A stretch of 64,000 nt of DNA from Armatimonadota bacterium (GCA_046292385.1 JBKBRF010000001.1:127305-191304), one strand, 5' to 3'; positions 19,791 to 29,432 are shown, numbered from the stretch's first letter. The notes: a model not told the origin generated them from the letters alone. Made by a program: numbers and translations.

Positions 19791-20285
19791 ATGGCGGCGG
19801 ATGGAGCCGAGCTGCACCTGCGGGGCGCCACTGCAGACGATGCCGAGCTGCTGTGGCAGTGGACGAACGACCCGGCCGTGCGGGCGAGCTCCTTCTCTTC
19901 CGCGCCGATCCCGTGGGAAGAGCATGTCCGCTGGCTGGACGGAGTGCTGGCCAACCCGGACCGAGTGCTCTGGATCGCCGAGGGTGATCTCCGGGAGCCG
20001 GTGGGGCAGGTGCGGTTCGATCGGGTGGGAGACCACGTGGTCATCTCGGTCAGCCTGGCCTCTACCTGCCGGGGCCGGGGATACGGCCCGGCCCTGATCG
20101 GGGCCGCGTGCAGCAAGTACCGGCTGTCGGTAGCTCCCGTCGAGGTGGTGGCCTATATCAAGGATGAGAATGCCGCCTCGGTCCGCGCTTTCGAGCGCGC
20201 CGGGTTCGTCCGAAGTGGCCGGAGGAGCTCTCCCTACCCGCGATCGCTGGTGCTCGTTCTGCCCGCCGAGAAGACTCATGACTGA
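19791..20285 (+). CDS. pseH: GNAT N-acetyltransferase (PseH role)
   Basis: WTNDPAVRASSF..IPWEEHVRW, VGQVRFD, RGRGYG, NAASVRAFERAGF. AAGGAG precedes ATG 19791; alternative start 19746. Confidence 0.8.
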   Translation: MAADGAELHLRGATADDAELLWQWTNDPAVRASSFSSAPIPWEEHVRWLDGVLANPDRVLWIAEGDLREPVGQVRFDRVGDHVVISVSLASTCRGRGYGPALIGAACSKYRLSVAPVEVVAYIKDENAASVRAFERAGFVRSGRRSSPYPRSLVLVLPAEKTHD

Positions 20286-21336
20286 TCGTTCGACTGCTAT
20301 CGAGATCGCCGGCCGGAGGATCGGCCCCGGCGAGCCGATCTACATCATCGCGGAGCTCTCCGCGAACCACGGCCAGAGCTTCGACCGCGCGGTGGAGTTG
20401 CTGCGCGCCGCCCACGCCGCCGGCGCGGACGCGGTGAAGCTGCAGACCTACACGGCCGACACGCTCACCATCGATTGCAGCGCCCCGCCGTTCCAGATCC
20501 ACGGCGGCCTGTGGGACGGCCGCAACCTGCACGAGCTGTACCAGGAGGCTTACACGCCCTGGGAGTGGCAGCCGAAGCTGAAGCGGATCGCGGACGATCT
20601 CGGCATCCACCTCTTCTCCACCCCGTTCGATCAGACTGCCGTCGACTTCCTGGAAGAGATGCAGGTGCCGGCGCATAAGGTCGCCTCCTTCGAGATCGTC
20701 GACCTCCCTCTGCTGCGGGCGATCGCGCGGACCGGCAAGCCGGTCATCATGTCGACCGGCATGAGCACGATGTCCGAGATCGACGAGGCGGTGACCACGC
20801 TCCGCGAGGCCGGCGCTGCCGAGATCGCGCTGCTCAAGTGCACCAGCGCCTATCCGGCGCCGCCGGAGGAGATGAACCTCCGCACCATCCCGCATCTCGC
20901 CAAGGCGTTCGGAGTGCCGGTGGGCCTCTCCGATCACACGCTCGACCTGGCGGTGCCGGTGGCGGCGGTGACGCTGGGCGCCTGCATCCTGGAAAAGCAC
21001 TTCACCCTGTCCCGCGCGGACGGGGGGCCGGACAGCGCGTTCTCGCTGGAGCCGGACGAGTTCCGCGCCACGGTGGCCGCGATCCGCGCGGCGGAGAAGG
21101 CGCTGGGGCAGGTGCAGTACGGGGTAGCCGAGCGGGAAGCGCGGAACCGGGTGTTCCGGCGCTCCCTCTTCGTGGTGCAGGACGTGGCGCAGGGGGAGGA
21201 GCTGACCGCCGAGAACGTGCGCTCCATCCGGCCGGGATACGGACTTCACACCCGGTATCTGGAACACGTCCTGGGTCGTCGCGCGAGCCAGGACATTCCT
21301 CGTGGGACCCCGCTGAGCTGGGACCTCGTTTCCTGA
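20278..21336 (+). CDS. pseI: Pseudaminic acid synthase
   Basis: IAELSANHG, KLQTYTADTLT, AYTPWEWQ, LKCTSAYPA, DGGPDSAFSLEP, FRRSLF, IRPGYGL. Confidence 0.93.
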   Translation: MTDRSTAIEIAGRRIGPGEPIYIIAELSANHGQSFDRAVELLRAAHAAGADAVKLQTYTADTLTIDCSAPPFQIHGGLWDGRNLHELYQEAYTPWEWQPKLKRIADDLGIHLFSTPFDQTAVDFLEEMQVPAHKVASFEIVDLPLLRAIARTGKPVIMSTGMSTMSEIDEAVTTLREAGAAEIALLKCTSAYPAPPEEMNLRTIPHLAKAFGVPVGLSDHTLDLAVPVAAVTLGACILEKHFTLSRADGGPDSAFSLEPDEFRATVAAIRAAEKALGQVQYGVAEREARNRVFRRSLFVVQDVAQGEELTAENVRSIRPGYGLHTRYLEHVLGRRASQDIPRGTPLSWDLVS

Positions 21337-21429
21337 CCGGCACGGCGCGTCGCGGAAAGAAAGCTCCTGACGGAGCAGCGGAGCGATTCTACATTGGCAG
21401 AACGCTGGCGTGCATCGTCACCGCAATCC

Positions 21430-21553
21430 TTTCCACAGTTCACCACACATCGTAAAATCACTGCGGATCTCCCAAAGACCGAAGTTTTGCAGCGAGCCAG
21501 GTAGTCGCTCGTGCGCACCCCGGTAGACGCTGACCACGGGCGTTGGATATAAT
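21430..21553 (+). promoter_or_regulatory. Two putative internal sigma70 promoters
   Basis: TTTCCA-17-TAAAAT (21430-21458) and TAGACG-18-TATAAT (21524-21553) in an AT-richer spacer of about 415 bp. Confidence 0.45.
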
Positions 21554-21751
21554 CTACGTTGGCGTGTATGCTATTGCAGCCTCCTCTCGTCCTCTTCCAG
21601 GCGCGCGAGCGGATACCGTCGCTCTTAGCTACCCCCTCATTCTCTGGAGAGCCCGTATTTTGAGTTCATTCGCAGAAGCCAATTCCGATTGGATTACTGT
21701 GTCGTTGGTGAACTCCCCGTACTGGCCAGACGATTCACTGACGGTGTACTA

Positions 21752-23194
21752 ATGCCGAATACGCTTCAGGTTTCTGCGCCGGAGAGCGCTCGGCGAGGGA
21801 TAAGTCCCCGTCGCGTTATGATGCTGGTGCCGTATCAAGCCCGGGACCTGGGTGGGATTGCGCTCATCGCGCACTATCTGCGGGAGCGGTACGGTCACGA
21901 AATTATCTTGACCAATAGCTACGGTATCGAGCGGAAGCTGATGGAGCTCGCGCCCGATGCGTTGGTGATTGATCACCTTGCATGGGATTTCAAAGCCAGG
22001 CAGGCGCGGATGGTGAAATCGATCGGCGCAAAGCTGATCAACCTCCCCACGGAGGGTATGTTCCAGTCTCCGGACCCGCCCTTGGAGCTCGCGGGGGCCA
22101 AGCACGGAGTCACTGCTCTGGTGGACAAGTTCCTCGTGTGGGGGCCGTACGTAGAGCGCGCTCTTCAATCTGGTGGGGTCGCGCCAGACAGGCTGCACGT
22201 TACCGGTTGCCCGAGGTTTGATTTCTACGCCGATAAGTTCCGGGCGCTGTCCTCTACGCGCGAAGACTTCCTCGGAGCGCTGGGAATCAAAAATGCGGCG
22301 GCTCCCGCGATCCTCTGGTGCACGAATACTACCTACTTCGCGCGAGACCATCGCCGCATCATCGATCGCTATGTAAAGCGCGCGGGCTGGACCACCGAGC
22401 GTGTTCAGATGATGCTGAGTGACGAGACCGAGCAGTTTAACCGGCATTCCGCACTGGTCAAGGGGCTCGCCCGCCGTCATCCGGACTGGAACTTCATCAT
22501 CAAGGTGCACCCGGCCGAGGGGATCCATCCTTACCTGCCCCTGGTAGAAGGGGCGTCAAATCTATTCCTCGCGTACAACTCACCGATCCGTGAGTTCTTG
22601 ATCCACTCCGACGTGCTCCTGCAGCGCAACTGCACTACGGCTACGGAGGCGTGGATGTTGGGACGGCCGGTGCTGGATCTCGCCATGGGCACCTACCATC
22701 GGCAGGCCCGGAATCAGTTCCAGGTAGGTTGTCAGAGTGTCTTTTCCGTTGACGAGGCCGACGAAGCGCTCCAGGCCTATCTGGCGGGAGCCGAGATGGA
22801 GCCTGAGAAGCGGAAAGCGCAGTCGGACTTTATCGCTGACTTCTACTTCCGCATCGATGGAGAGGCTAGCAGCCGCTGCGCTGACCTGATTCATGAGGCG
22901 CTCTCCGGAGACGCCTATACGGATGCGGATCAGCAGGCGACTCGCGAAGCCGCCCGAAAGATGCTGGAGGACTGGAAGCGCGCAGAGGATGCCCGGCCGA
23001 TCAACCGGGTGAAGGACCTGCTCCGGATTCCGCGCGGGAAGTCGCTCCGCTGGTGGAAGCCGCTCTTCCGGGAGCGGGGTTACGGTGCCGGTGGGTACGT
23101 CGCGGAGGCCGAAATCACTCCGGAGATGGTCGAGCCGCTGTACCGTGCTTACCGCGGGGTGCTGTCGACCCCCGCGAGTCCGCCTACCGCCTGA
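21752..23194 (+). CDS. Surface carbohydrate biosynthesis protein (GT-B-like, unassigned)
   Basis: RDLGGIALIA, PTEG, WG, TGCPRFD, KVHPAE, CTTATEAWMLGRP resemble the surface-carbohydrate family found beside nonulosonate genes. Confidence 0.65.
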   Translation: MPNTLQVSAPESARRGISPRRVMMLVPYQARDLGGIALIAHYLRERYGHEIILTNSYGIERKLMELAPDALVIDHLAWDFKARQARMVKSIGAKLINLPTEGMFQSPDPPLELAGAKHGVTALVDKFLVWGPYVERALQSGGVAPDRLHVTGCPRFDFYADKFRALSSTREDFLGALGIKNAAAPAILWCTNTTYFARDHRRIIDRYVKRAGWTTERVQMMLSDETEQFNRHSALVKGLARRHPDWNFIIKVHPAEGIHPYLPLVEGASNLFLAYNSPIREFLIHSDVLLQRNCTTATEAWMLGRPVLDLAMGTYHRQARNQFQVGCQSVFSVDEADEALQAYLAGAEMEPEKRKAQSDFIADFYFRIDGEASSRCADLIHEALSGDAYTDADQQATREAARKMLEDWKRAEDARPINRVKDLLRIPRGKSLRWWKPLFRERGYGAGGYVAEAEITPEMVEPLYRAYRGVLSTPASPPTA

Positions 23195-24747
23195 TGGGAA
23201 GCGTTCGACGTTCTGCGGAGTCCCGCGGTGTAGGGCACCCGGCCCCGTCGCCGTGCAATCAAGCCACCACGATGCCTGGAATGTTGTTTTCGCCTCGTCT
23301 AGATGAAGATCCGGCCGCGCCAGCGAAGGCAGCGACTCCAAGCGTGCGAATGCTGATTCTCTCCAGCACTGCCCTAACGGACCGGGTCTTCATGCACACG
23401 CAGTGTCTCCGCGTGCTTCGTTCGCGTGCCGAGGTGGAGATCTGGTCGCCTTCCGCCCGGGCGGAGCAATACCGTTCCGCCTGGGACGTCGTGGACGCGC
23501 GGGTTCGTCCGATGCCGCCGGTGGGTGCTCTCAAGGAGTTCCCGGTCAACTTCCTCCGCCGGGTGAACGAGGCTGCCTGGGACGCCCGGCAGCGTGCCCG
23601 ATGCCGGGAGAGTATGCGGCGTCATTCTTCCAACGTCGGACTGCTGCGCCGGGTGCAGCGCGCGGCAGGCCGGGTGGTGGCGTCCCTGGGGCAAGAGCAG
23701 CGGCTGGAGGATGCGATCGAACGGATGATGCTGGCCGCGAATCGCAGCCCCGCGGCGGGAGAGCTCCTGGCCACGAACCGCCCCGATCTCGTGTTAAGCA
23801 CCGGTCCCTTTCAATTCGTGGCCCCCGGCATCACGGCGCTCGCGCAGCGCTCCGGGATCCCGGTGCTGGCGATGGTCCCCTCCTGGGACAACCTCTCCAC
23901 CAAGAACCGGCTGGTCCTGAAGTATGACGGATACATCGTCTGGTCGGAGTGGCAGAAGGAAGAGCTACACCGCTACTATCCGGATAGCCGTCGAAAGCCG
24001 GTCTACGTGGTTGGCGCTCCGCAGTTCGACATCTTCTTCGATCCCCGGTTTCACGGGCCGCGAGAGAGCTTCCTACGGGAGCAGGGTCTCGATCCGGCCC
24101 GGAAGACGATCCTGTACGCCCTCGGTTCTCCGAATCTGCTGCCGGGCGAGATCTTCGGCGCTCTCGACCTCGCACGCCGGGTCGCGGACGGGCGACTCGG
24201 TCCCGTCCAGATGATCGTGCGTCCGCACCCTGTTTTCGACCGCGGAGAGTTCCAGGCGCGCTTCGAAGGGCTGCGGCACGTAGTGGTGCAACACCCCGCG
24301 GGAGAGTCTCGCGTCAGTGAGCGCTCGCAGGACGAAACGCAGGCCCGCGAATGGGTCAACACCTTCCGGCATGTCGACGTGGTAGTGAACCTCTCTTCCA
24401 CGGTGACGGTGGATGCCGCAGTTCTGGACCGGCCGGTGGTGAACCTCAACTACGATCCGGCCCCGGGTGCCCCCCAGCAGCAGTTCATCGAGGAGATCAA
24501 CGCCTCCTGGGAGCACTTTTCGCCAATAGCGCAGTCCGGAGGGCTCTGGCTAAGCCGGGACGCGGACGAAACCGCCCTCGCCGTGCGCACCTACCTGGAG
24601 CAGCCGGAGCTGCATCGGGAGCGCCGGCGATGGATCGCCGAGCGAGTGTGTCAGTACCTCGACGGACGCTGTGGAGAGCGGTTGGCGGACGCCCTCCTCG
24701 ACTTCCTCAGCTCCCCCACCGCCGCGGAAGCCTCCAGAGGTGGGTAG
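23194..24747 (+). CDS. Putative glycosyltransferase, CDP-glycerol-transferase-like/GT-B ('SWDNL' protein 1)
   Basis: SWDNLSTK, VW, GAPQFD, RPHP, SSTVTVDAAVLDRPVVN, DGRCGER. Start uncertain (23194-23350). Confidence 0.6.
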   Translation: MGSVRRSAESRGVGHPAPSPCNQATTMPGMLFSPRLDEDPAAPAKAATPSVRMLILSSTALTDRVFMHTQCLRVLRSRAEVEIWSPSARAEQYRSAWDVVDARVRPMPPVGALKEFPVNFLRRVNEAAWDARQRARCRESMRRHSSNVGLLRRVQRAAGRVVASLGQEQRLEDAIERMMLAANRSPAAGELLATNRPDLVLSTGPFQFVAPGITALAQRSGIPVLAMVPSWDNLSTKNRLVLKYDGYIVWSEWQKEELHRYYPDSRRKPVYVVGAPQFDIFFDPRFHGPRESFLREQGLDPARKTILYALGSPNLLPGEIFGALDLARRVADGRLGPVQMIVRPHPVFDRGEFQARFEGLRHVVVQHPAGESRVSERSQDETQAREWVNTFRHVDVVVNLSSTVTVDAAVLDRPVVNLNYDPAPGAPQQQFIEEINASWEHFSPIAQSGGLWLSRDADETALAVRTYLEQPELHRERRRWIAERVCQYLDGRCGERLADALLDFLSSPTAAEASRGG

Positions 24748-24984
24748 GCGGGAGCCTGGATCACCTCGCGACTCGCACCGGGGCTCCAGCGGACGAAACG
24801 TAACTGCCGGTGAGATGATGCGCTCTGGACGGATGGTCCATCCGAAGCCCCGGACCGTGTCCGAAGGTGATCCTGAGTGTGTCTGGGGCTGTTTGCCTGC
24901 CGATCAGCGGTGATCCACTAGCGAATGAGCTCGAGCGAACGAAAGTATGGATGGGGTGGATAGGCGACCCTTCCCCCAGCGATT

Positions 24985-25971
24985 ATGCTTATTGCGGTGA
25001 ACTATCACTACGTGAGGCCCGATTATCATCCGGACTTTACCGGGATTCGAGGCGTCACACCGAGCGAGCTCGAGAGGCAGTTGTCCGTTCTAGGCGAAGC
25101 CGCGGAGTTCGTGAGTCCCACAGACTTACGTGAGGCGCTGTCTGGTCGCCCCTTGCCGGAACGATCCGTCATTATCACGTTCGATGACGGCCTCCAGGAG
25201 CAATGGGAGTATGCGCTGCCGATACTTAGACGCATGGGGCTCTCCGCGCTATTCTTCGTGAACACGCATCCGATCCAGAATCGCTCCATCTCGGCGGTGC
25301 ACAAGATACACCTCCTCCGGAGTTGGATGAGCACCCCATCTTTTCGACAGCTTCTGATCGAGACCGCCAACACCATGGGGATTGAGCTGGAAGGTGAGCT
25401 CGATCCTCAACTGGTTCAGCGTCAGTATCCCTACGACGATGGAGAAACTGGCGAACTGAAGTACATACTCAATTTTGTCATTCCGGGAGAAATGCGCCGT
25501 CGTCTGGTCGACGGGTGCTTCGAAAAGGTTGCACCGGAATCTCAGAGTGTCTTGAGTAGCCGGTTCTACATGAACCAGCAGCAATTGCGTGAGTTGGCGG
25601 CGACGGGACAGGTCGGTGTGCACGGTCATCAGCACCTCCCGCTGGGCCAGCTTGAGCCGCACGAATGCCGTCATCAGATTCGCGTCGCGCGCGACTTGCT
25701 AACGGAGTGGACGGGTTGGACGCCTTTTGCGCTGAGTTACCCGTACGGAAGCCAAAGCGCTTGCGGGCTCCGCGCCGCCGCGTGCGCTGACCAAGAAGGA
25801 ATGAAGATCGGGTTTACGATGGAGCGCGCGGCAAACCCGGATTTCCAGTACCCTTTGCACCTAGCGCGCTTCGATTGCAATGACTTACCGTCAGGACGGC
25901 ACTGTTCAGCAACCCGGGCCGACAGCGCCTGGTGGAGCAGCCTGCCCCAAGCCCAGTGGTTTCGATCGTAG
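24985..25971 (+). CDS. Polysaccharide deacetylase (NodB/CE4)
   Basis: NYHYVR, ITFDDG, HGHQH, SYPYG; no signal peptide. Confidence 0.85.
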   Translation: MLIAVNYHYVRPDYHPDFTGIRGVTPSELERQLSVLGEAAEFVSPTDLREALSGRPLPERSVIITFDDGLQEQWEYALPILRRMGLSALFFVNTHPIQNRSISAVHKIHLLRSWMSTPSFRQLLIETANTMGIELEGELDPQLVQRQYPYDDGETGELKYILNFVIPGEMRRRLVDGCFEKVAPESQSVLSSRFYMNQQQLRELAATGQVGVHGHQHLPLGQLEPHECRHQIRVARDLLTEWTGWTPFALSYPYGSQSACGLRAAACADQEGMKIGFTMERAANPDFQYPLHLARFDCNDLPSGRHCSATRADSAWWSSLPQAQWFRS

Positions 25972-25985
25972 CCAGCGGCCAGACT

Positions 25986-26792
25986 ATGCGTATCTTGGTC
26001 ATCACGTCAAATCAGCGTCGTCACGCTTACGTTGCCAGCCAATTGTCGAAGTCGCTAGACGTAGTCGGGGTCGTCAGCGAGAGCAAATCGCCGGGGAGCA
26101 ATGGTGCCGAGCTCGACGCTGAGGATCAGGCAGCCATCTCTGAGCACTTCCGAGAGCGGGATGCGGTTGAGACGGCCCTACTCGGATCGGTAATTGACTG
26201 GCCGGATACCCCGATGCTAACACCGGATGCCGGTGGAGTGAACTCGCCACGTGTGGCGGAGTGGGTTTATACCAAAGATCCCGACTTCGTGGTGCTCTAT
26301 GGCTCGAGTATCGTTGAGGACCCGCTGCTGTCGCACTATCACGGGCGTATCATCAACATCCATCTCGGGTTAAGCCCCTACTATCGCGGCTCCGGTACCA
26401 ATTTCTGGCCGTTAGTCCACCGTCGGCCGGAATGTGTAGGCGCCACGATCCACATCGCGGTACCAGAAGTAGATGCTGGCGGTATCCTGGCCCAGGTTCG
26501 CCCGGGCGCGGAAGTGCAAGACCGCGCGCACGAGTTGGGAACAAAGACGATCGTGGCCGCCACGAACCTGCTCCCCCAGGTAATCTGGGGTTATGCGTGT
26601 GGTCAGGTCCATCCAGTTCGGCAGGATCTTTCGACCGGCCGGGTGTTCCGAACACGAGACTTCAACGCTGGGGCCTTGCGGACGATGTGGGGCCACTTTG
26701 GTTCCGGGATGGTGAAGGAATACCTAGACCAGCAGGAGCAGCGTCACGCACACACTCCGATTATAGAATTGGCGGGGAATCCTGGATTGTGA
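25986..26792 (+). CDS. N10-formyl-THF-dependent formyltransferase
   Basis: INIHLGLSPYYRG, GATIH, VDAGGIL; start re-called at ATG 25986. Confidence 0.85.
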   Translation: MRILVITSNQRRHAYVASQLSKSLDVVGVVSESKSPGSNGAELDAEDQAAISEHFRERDAVETALLGSVIDWPDTPMLTPDAGGVNSPRVAEWVYTKDPDFVVLYGSSIVEDPLLSHYHGRIINIHLGLSPYYRGSGTNFWPLVHRRPECVGATIHIAVPEVDAGGILAQVRPGAEVQDRAHELGTKTIVAATNLLPQVIWGYACGQVHPVRQDLSTGRVFRTRDFNAGALRTMWGHFGSGMVKEYLDQQEQRHAHTPIIELAGNPGL

Positions 26793-26874
26793 GGCTCGCT
26801 GCTGGCGATACCGACCATTCGCGTTCGGTCAGTCGTGGATTCAAGAGCTCACCTCGACTTCGGACCCAATGGAT

Positions 26875-26904
26875 CTCGCTTGCGCTGCGCGTCCACGCTA
26901 CAAT
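26875..26904 (+). promoter_or_regulatory. Putative internal promoter
   Basis: CTCGCT-18-TACAAT; shares TCGCTT...CGCTACAAT with 770-797. Confidence 0.35.
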
Positions 26905-26956
26905 GCGGCAGTAAACCATCCGAACGTTCAATCTTGTCAGGAAGAGTATTCAGCAA

Positions 26957-28408
26957 ATGAGTGTCTGCAGCGAGCGGGCGGATGAGCGGGCCCAGGTGAG
27001 AGGAGAGTCAGGAATCGTCCTGATCCTCCCTCGTGGGGAGGCGATCAGGAATTTCGTGTACTCCGGAGTCTCAAGGTGGATCGAAGATAAGCTCCCGGCT
27101 ACGATACTGTCAGTGTTTCCGAATGAGCAAATCGTGAACCATCTGCGAGATCGTAACGCGGATGTGCGTGAGCTAGTGGCGGATGAAGGCGTCTCCGCTG
27201 CTTCCTATGTTCGAGAGATCCTGGACGTAGCGCATGGACGGCGGCTTTGGTCGGAAGCGGCGAAGGAGCGATGGAGACTGCGAGATATCGAAGCCATAAC
27301 GCCCGCCGCACGGGTGAAGCGACTCGGCAAGAAGCTGCTGTGCTCGATCTTCGCGAATCAAAACGGACTTGAGCTCCTTTCTCATCTGGAGCACCGTCTC
27401 TCCAACAGCGAGGTCGTTCGATCTTATCGCGAGTACTTCCGAGCAAGCCGTCCTCGGCTGGTATTCAATGGATCCCACGTCCACAGTAAAGCCGCGCTCG
27501 CAGCGGTCCACGCCGCCAAGTCGCTAGGTATTCCTACCGCAACGTTTCTCTTCTCCTGGGACAATCTCACCTCGCAGGGGCGTATTATTCCTACGTATGA
27601 TTACTATCTTGTCTGGAACGACCAGATCAAGGATCAGCTATTGGAGATCTATCCCCGCATTGCGCCGAGCCAGGTAATCGTGACCGGGACCCCTCAATTC
27701 GATTTTCATCTAGATCCCGCCCTCTATTGGAGTCGGGAGAAACTCTGCCGAGAGTTAGACCTCGATCCCTCTCGTCCGATCGTCCTCTATTCCACCGGGA
27801 TGGCCAATCATATTGCTGGGGAGGAAGTGATCATCGAGGCAATTGCGGATATGCTCGCGCAGATGAGCGACCTCGGTCCACCGCAACTGCTTGTTCGCGA
27901 GTACGCCAAGGGGCCGAGCGATCACCTGGACGACTTGAAGCGTCGTCGCTCCGACATTCGGTTTCCGCGAGTCAGATGGGAGAAGCAGTGGCTCACTCCC
28001 GAGCCGGAAGATGTTCCCCTGCTTACGAACACTCTCAAGTACGCCGACGTTGGGATCAACGTCGCCTCCACCATCTCGCTGGAACTGTGTATGTTCGATG
28101 TTCCGGTCATCAACGTGTCGTATATCGGGCGCGGCGTGAAAGTAGTCTTCGATTATCGCCGGTACTACGAGTTCGAGCATTACCGGCCACTGGTCGAAAG
28201 TGGTGCAATCGACGTAGTCAGGGATGAGAACCGGATGCCGCAGGCGATCCGAGAAGCTCTCACGCAGCGCGCAGCCCGCAGCGCGCAGAGGATCGCTCTC
28301 GTGGAGCAGATGTTCGGTCCTACGCTGGACGGAAAGTCGGGCCAGCGGGTTGCGGAAGCACTGCTGCGTTTGGCGACGGCGGATAACCGGGAGAGCGCTT
28401 TGCGATGA
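26957..28408 (+). CDS. Putative glycosyltransferase ('SWDNL' protein 2)
   Basis: FSWDNLTSQG, VWN, GTPQFDFH, ASTISLELCMFDVPVIN, DGKSGQR; distant paralog of the 23194 protein. Confidence 0.6.
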   Translation: MSVCSERADERAQVRGESGIVLILPRGEAIRNFVYSGVSRWIEDKLPATILSVFPNEQIVNHLRDRNADVRELVADEGVSAASYVREILDVAHGRRLWSEAAKERWRLRDIEAITPAARVKRLGKKLLCSIFANQNGLELLSHLEHRLSNSEVVRSYREYFRASRPRLVFNGSHVHSKAALAAVHAAKSLGIPTATFLFSWDNLTSQGRIIPTYDYYLVWNDQIKDQLLEIYPRIAPSQVIVTGTPQFDFHLDPALYWSREKLCRELDLDPSRPIVLYSTGMANHIAGEEVIIEAIADMLAQMSDLGPPQLLVREYAKGPSDHLDDLKRRRSDIRFPRVRWEKQWLTPEPEDVPLLTNTLKYADVGINVASTISLELCMFDVPVINVSYIGRGVKVVFDYRRYYEFEHYRPLVESGAIDVVRDENRMPQAIREALTQRAARSAQRIALVEQMFGPTLDGKSGQRVAEALLRLATADNRESALR

Positions 28409-28627
28409 GCTCTCGCGTTGCGGCGACCGCGGGGCATCCCGGGTTTAGCTCGCAGGGCGGATTGCCGACTTCTTTGTGACGAGTCGCCCCCGGCGGGGCG
28501 AAGGTACGGGTTGGGTTTGCGAGCTCCCGGGCGCGTGATGAGGTTTCCGTGAGCGTGGAGGCCACTTCAGCGGCGGTCCAGCCGCGGTTTATCCGGCATT
28601 CCGGCGTCCACACTGCCGCAGCGCCGT

Positions 28628-29398
28628 ATGGGTGATTCTATGAATGCGACCGACGTTCTGCTTTGTCGCCTCTGGTATGGGCCGTATCGGAGACCATTCC
28701 GCTACCTGATGCGTCGGCTTCGCGGCCCGCGACCGAGCGTCTTCCGCGGTCCGCTGCGGGGCAGGGTGCTGACCGGGCACGGCGAGGCCTGGGGAACCGG
28801 CCTTTGCGAACTCCATATCCAGGAGACGATCTGGGAGGCGCTCCCGCCAGGCGGAGTTTACTACGACGTCGGCGCGAACAACGGGTTCTTTAGCTTGTTG
28901 GCAGCGGCGCGAGTCGGGACGGATGGCGCCTTTTTCTCGTTCGAGCCACTGCCGGAGAACGGCGTGAGCGCGTGCGAGCTGATCAGCGCCGCCGTGTCCG
29001 ACCGGGTGGGGCGAATGACGCTGTACCTGGTGCATGACGGCAGCCATGCCACCCCGTCCCTGCTCGAGCGCTCGGATTGCGGGCGCCTGGACGTGGCGAC
29101 CACTACGCTGGATGAGTTTGCGGCCGGTCACCGTCAGCCGGATGCCGTCAAGATCGACGTGGAGGGCGCGGAAGCGATGGTGCTGGCGGGGGCTACTCGC
29201 TTGATGACGGGAGCAGCTCCACCGGTATTCGTGATCGAGCTCCACGGTCCGAAGCAGCGCGAGGCGTGTCTCGGAATCTTGCACCGCCACCGCTGTAGTG
29301 AGGAAGCTAGAACGCCTCCCGTGTCAAGAGCGCAAGGCTTCCCGATACACGTCGTCGCTGGGCCCCAACGTCTCGTTGAGAGCAGCACGTTCGGATAA
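28628..29398 (+). CDS. FkbM-family methyltransferase (possible internal deletion)
   Basis: YDVGANNGFFS, FEP, AAVSD, TTLDEF, KIDVEGAE, IELH. Confidence 0.8.
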   Translation: MGDSMNATDVLLCRLWYGPYRRPFRYLMRRLRGPRPSVFRGPLRGRVLTGHGEAWGTGLCELHIQETIWEALPPGGVYYDVGANNGFFSLLAAARVGTDGAFFSFEPLPENGVSACELISAAVSDRVGRMTLYLVHDGSHATPSLLERSDCGRLDVATTTLDEFAAGHRQPDAVKIDVEGAEAMVLAGATRLMTGAAPPVFVIELHGPKQREACLGILHRHRCSEEARTPPVSRAQGFPIHVVAGPQRLVESSTFG

Positions 29399-29432
29399 CG
29401 CAGCTCATGGAATCGCCCGTGCCAGTTTTGCT

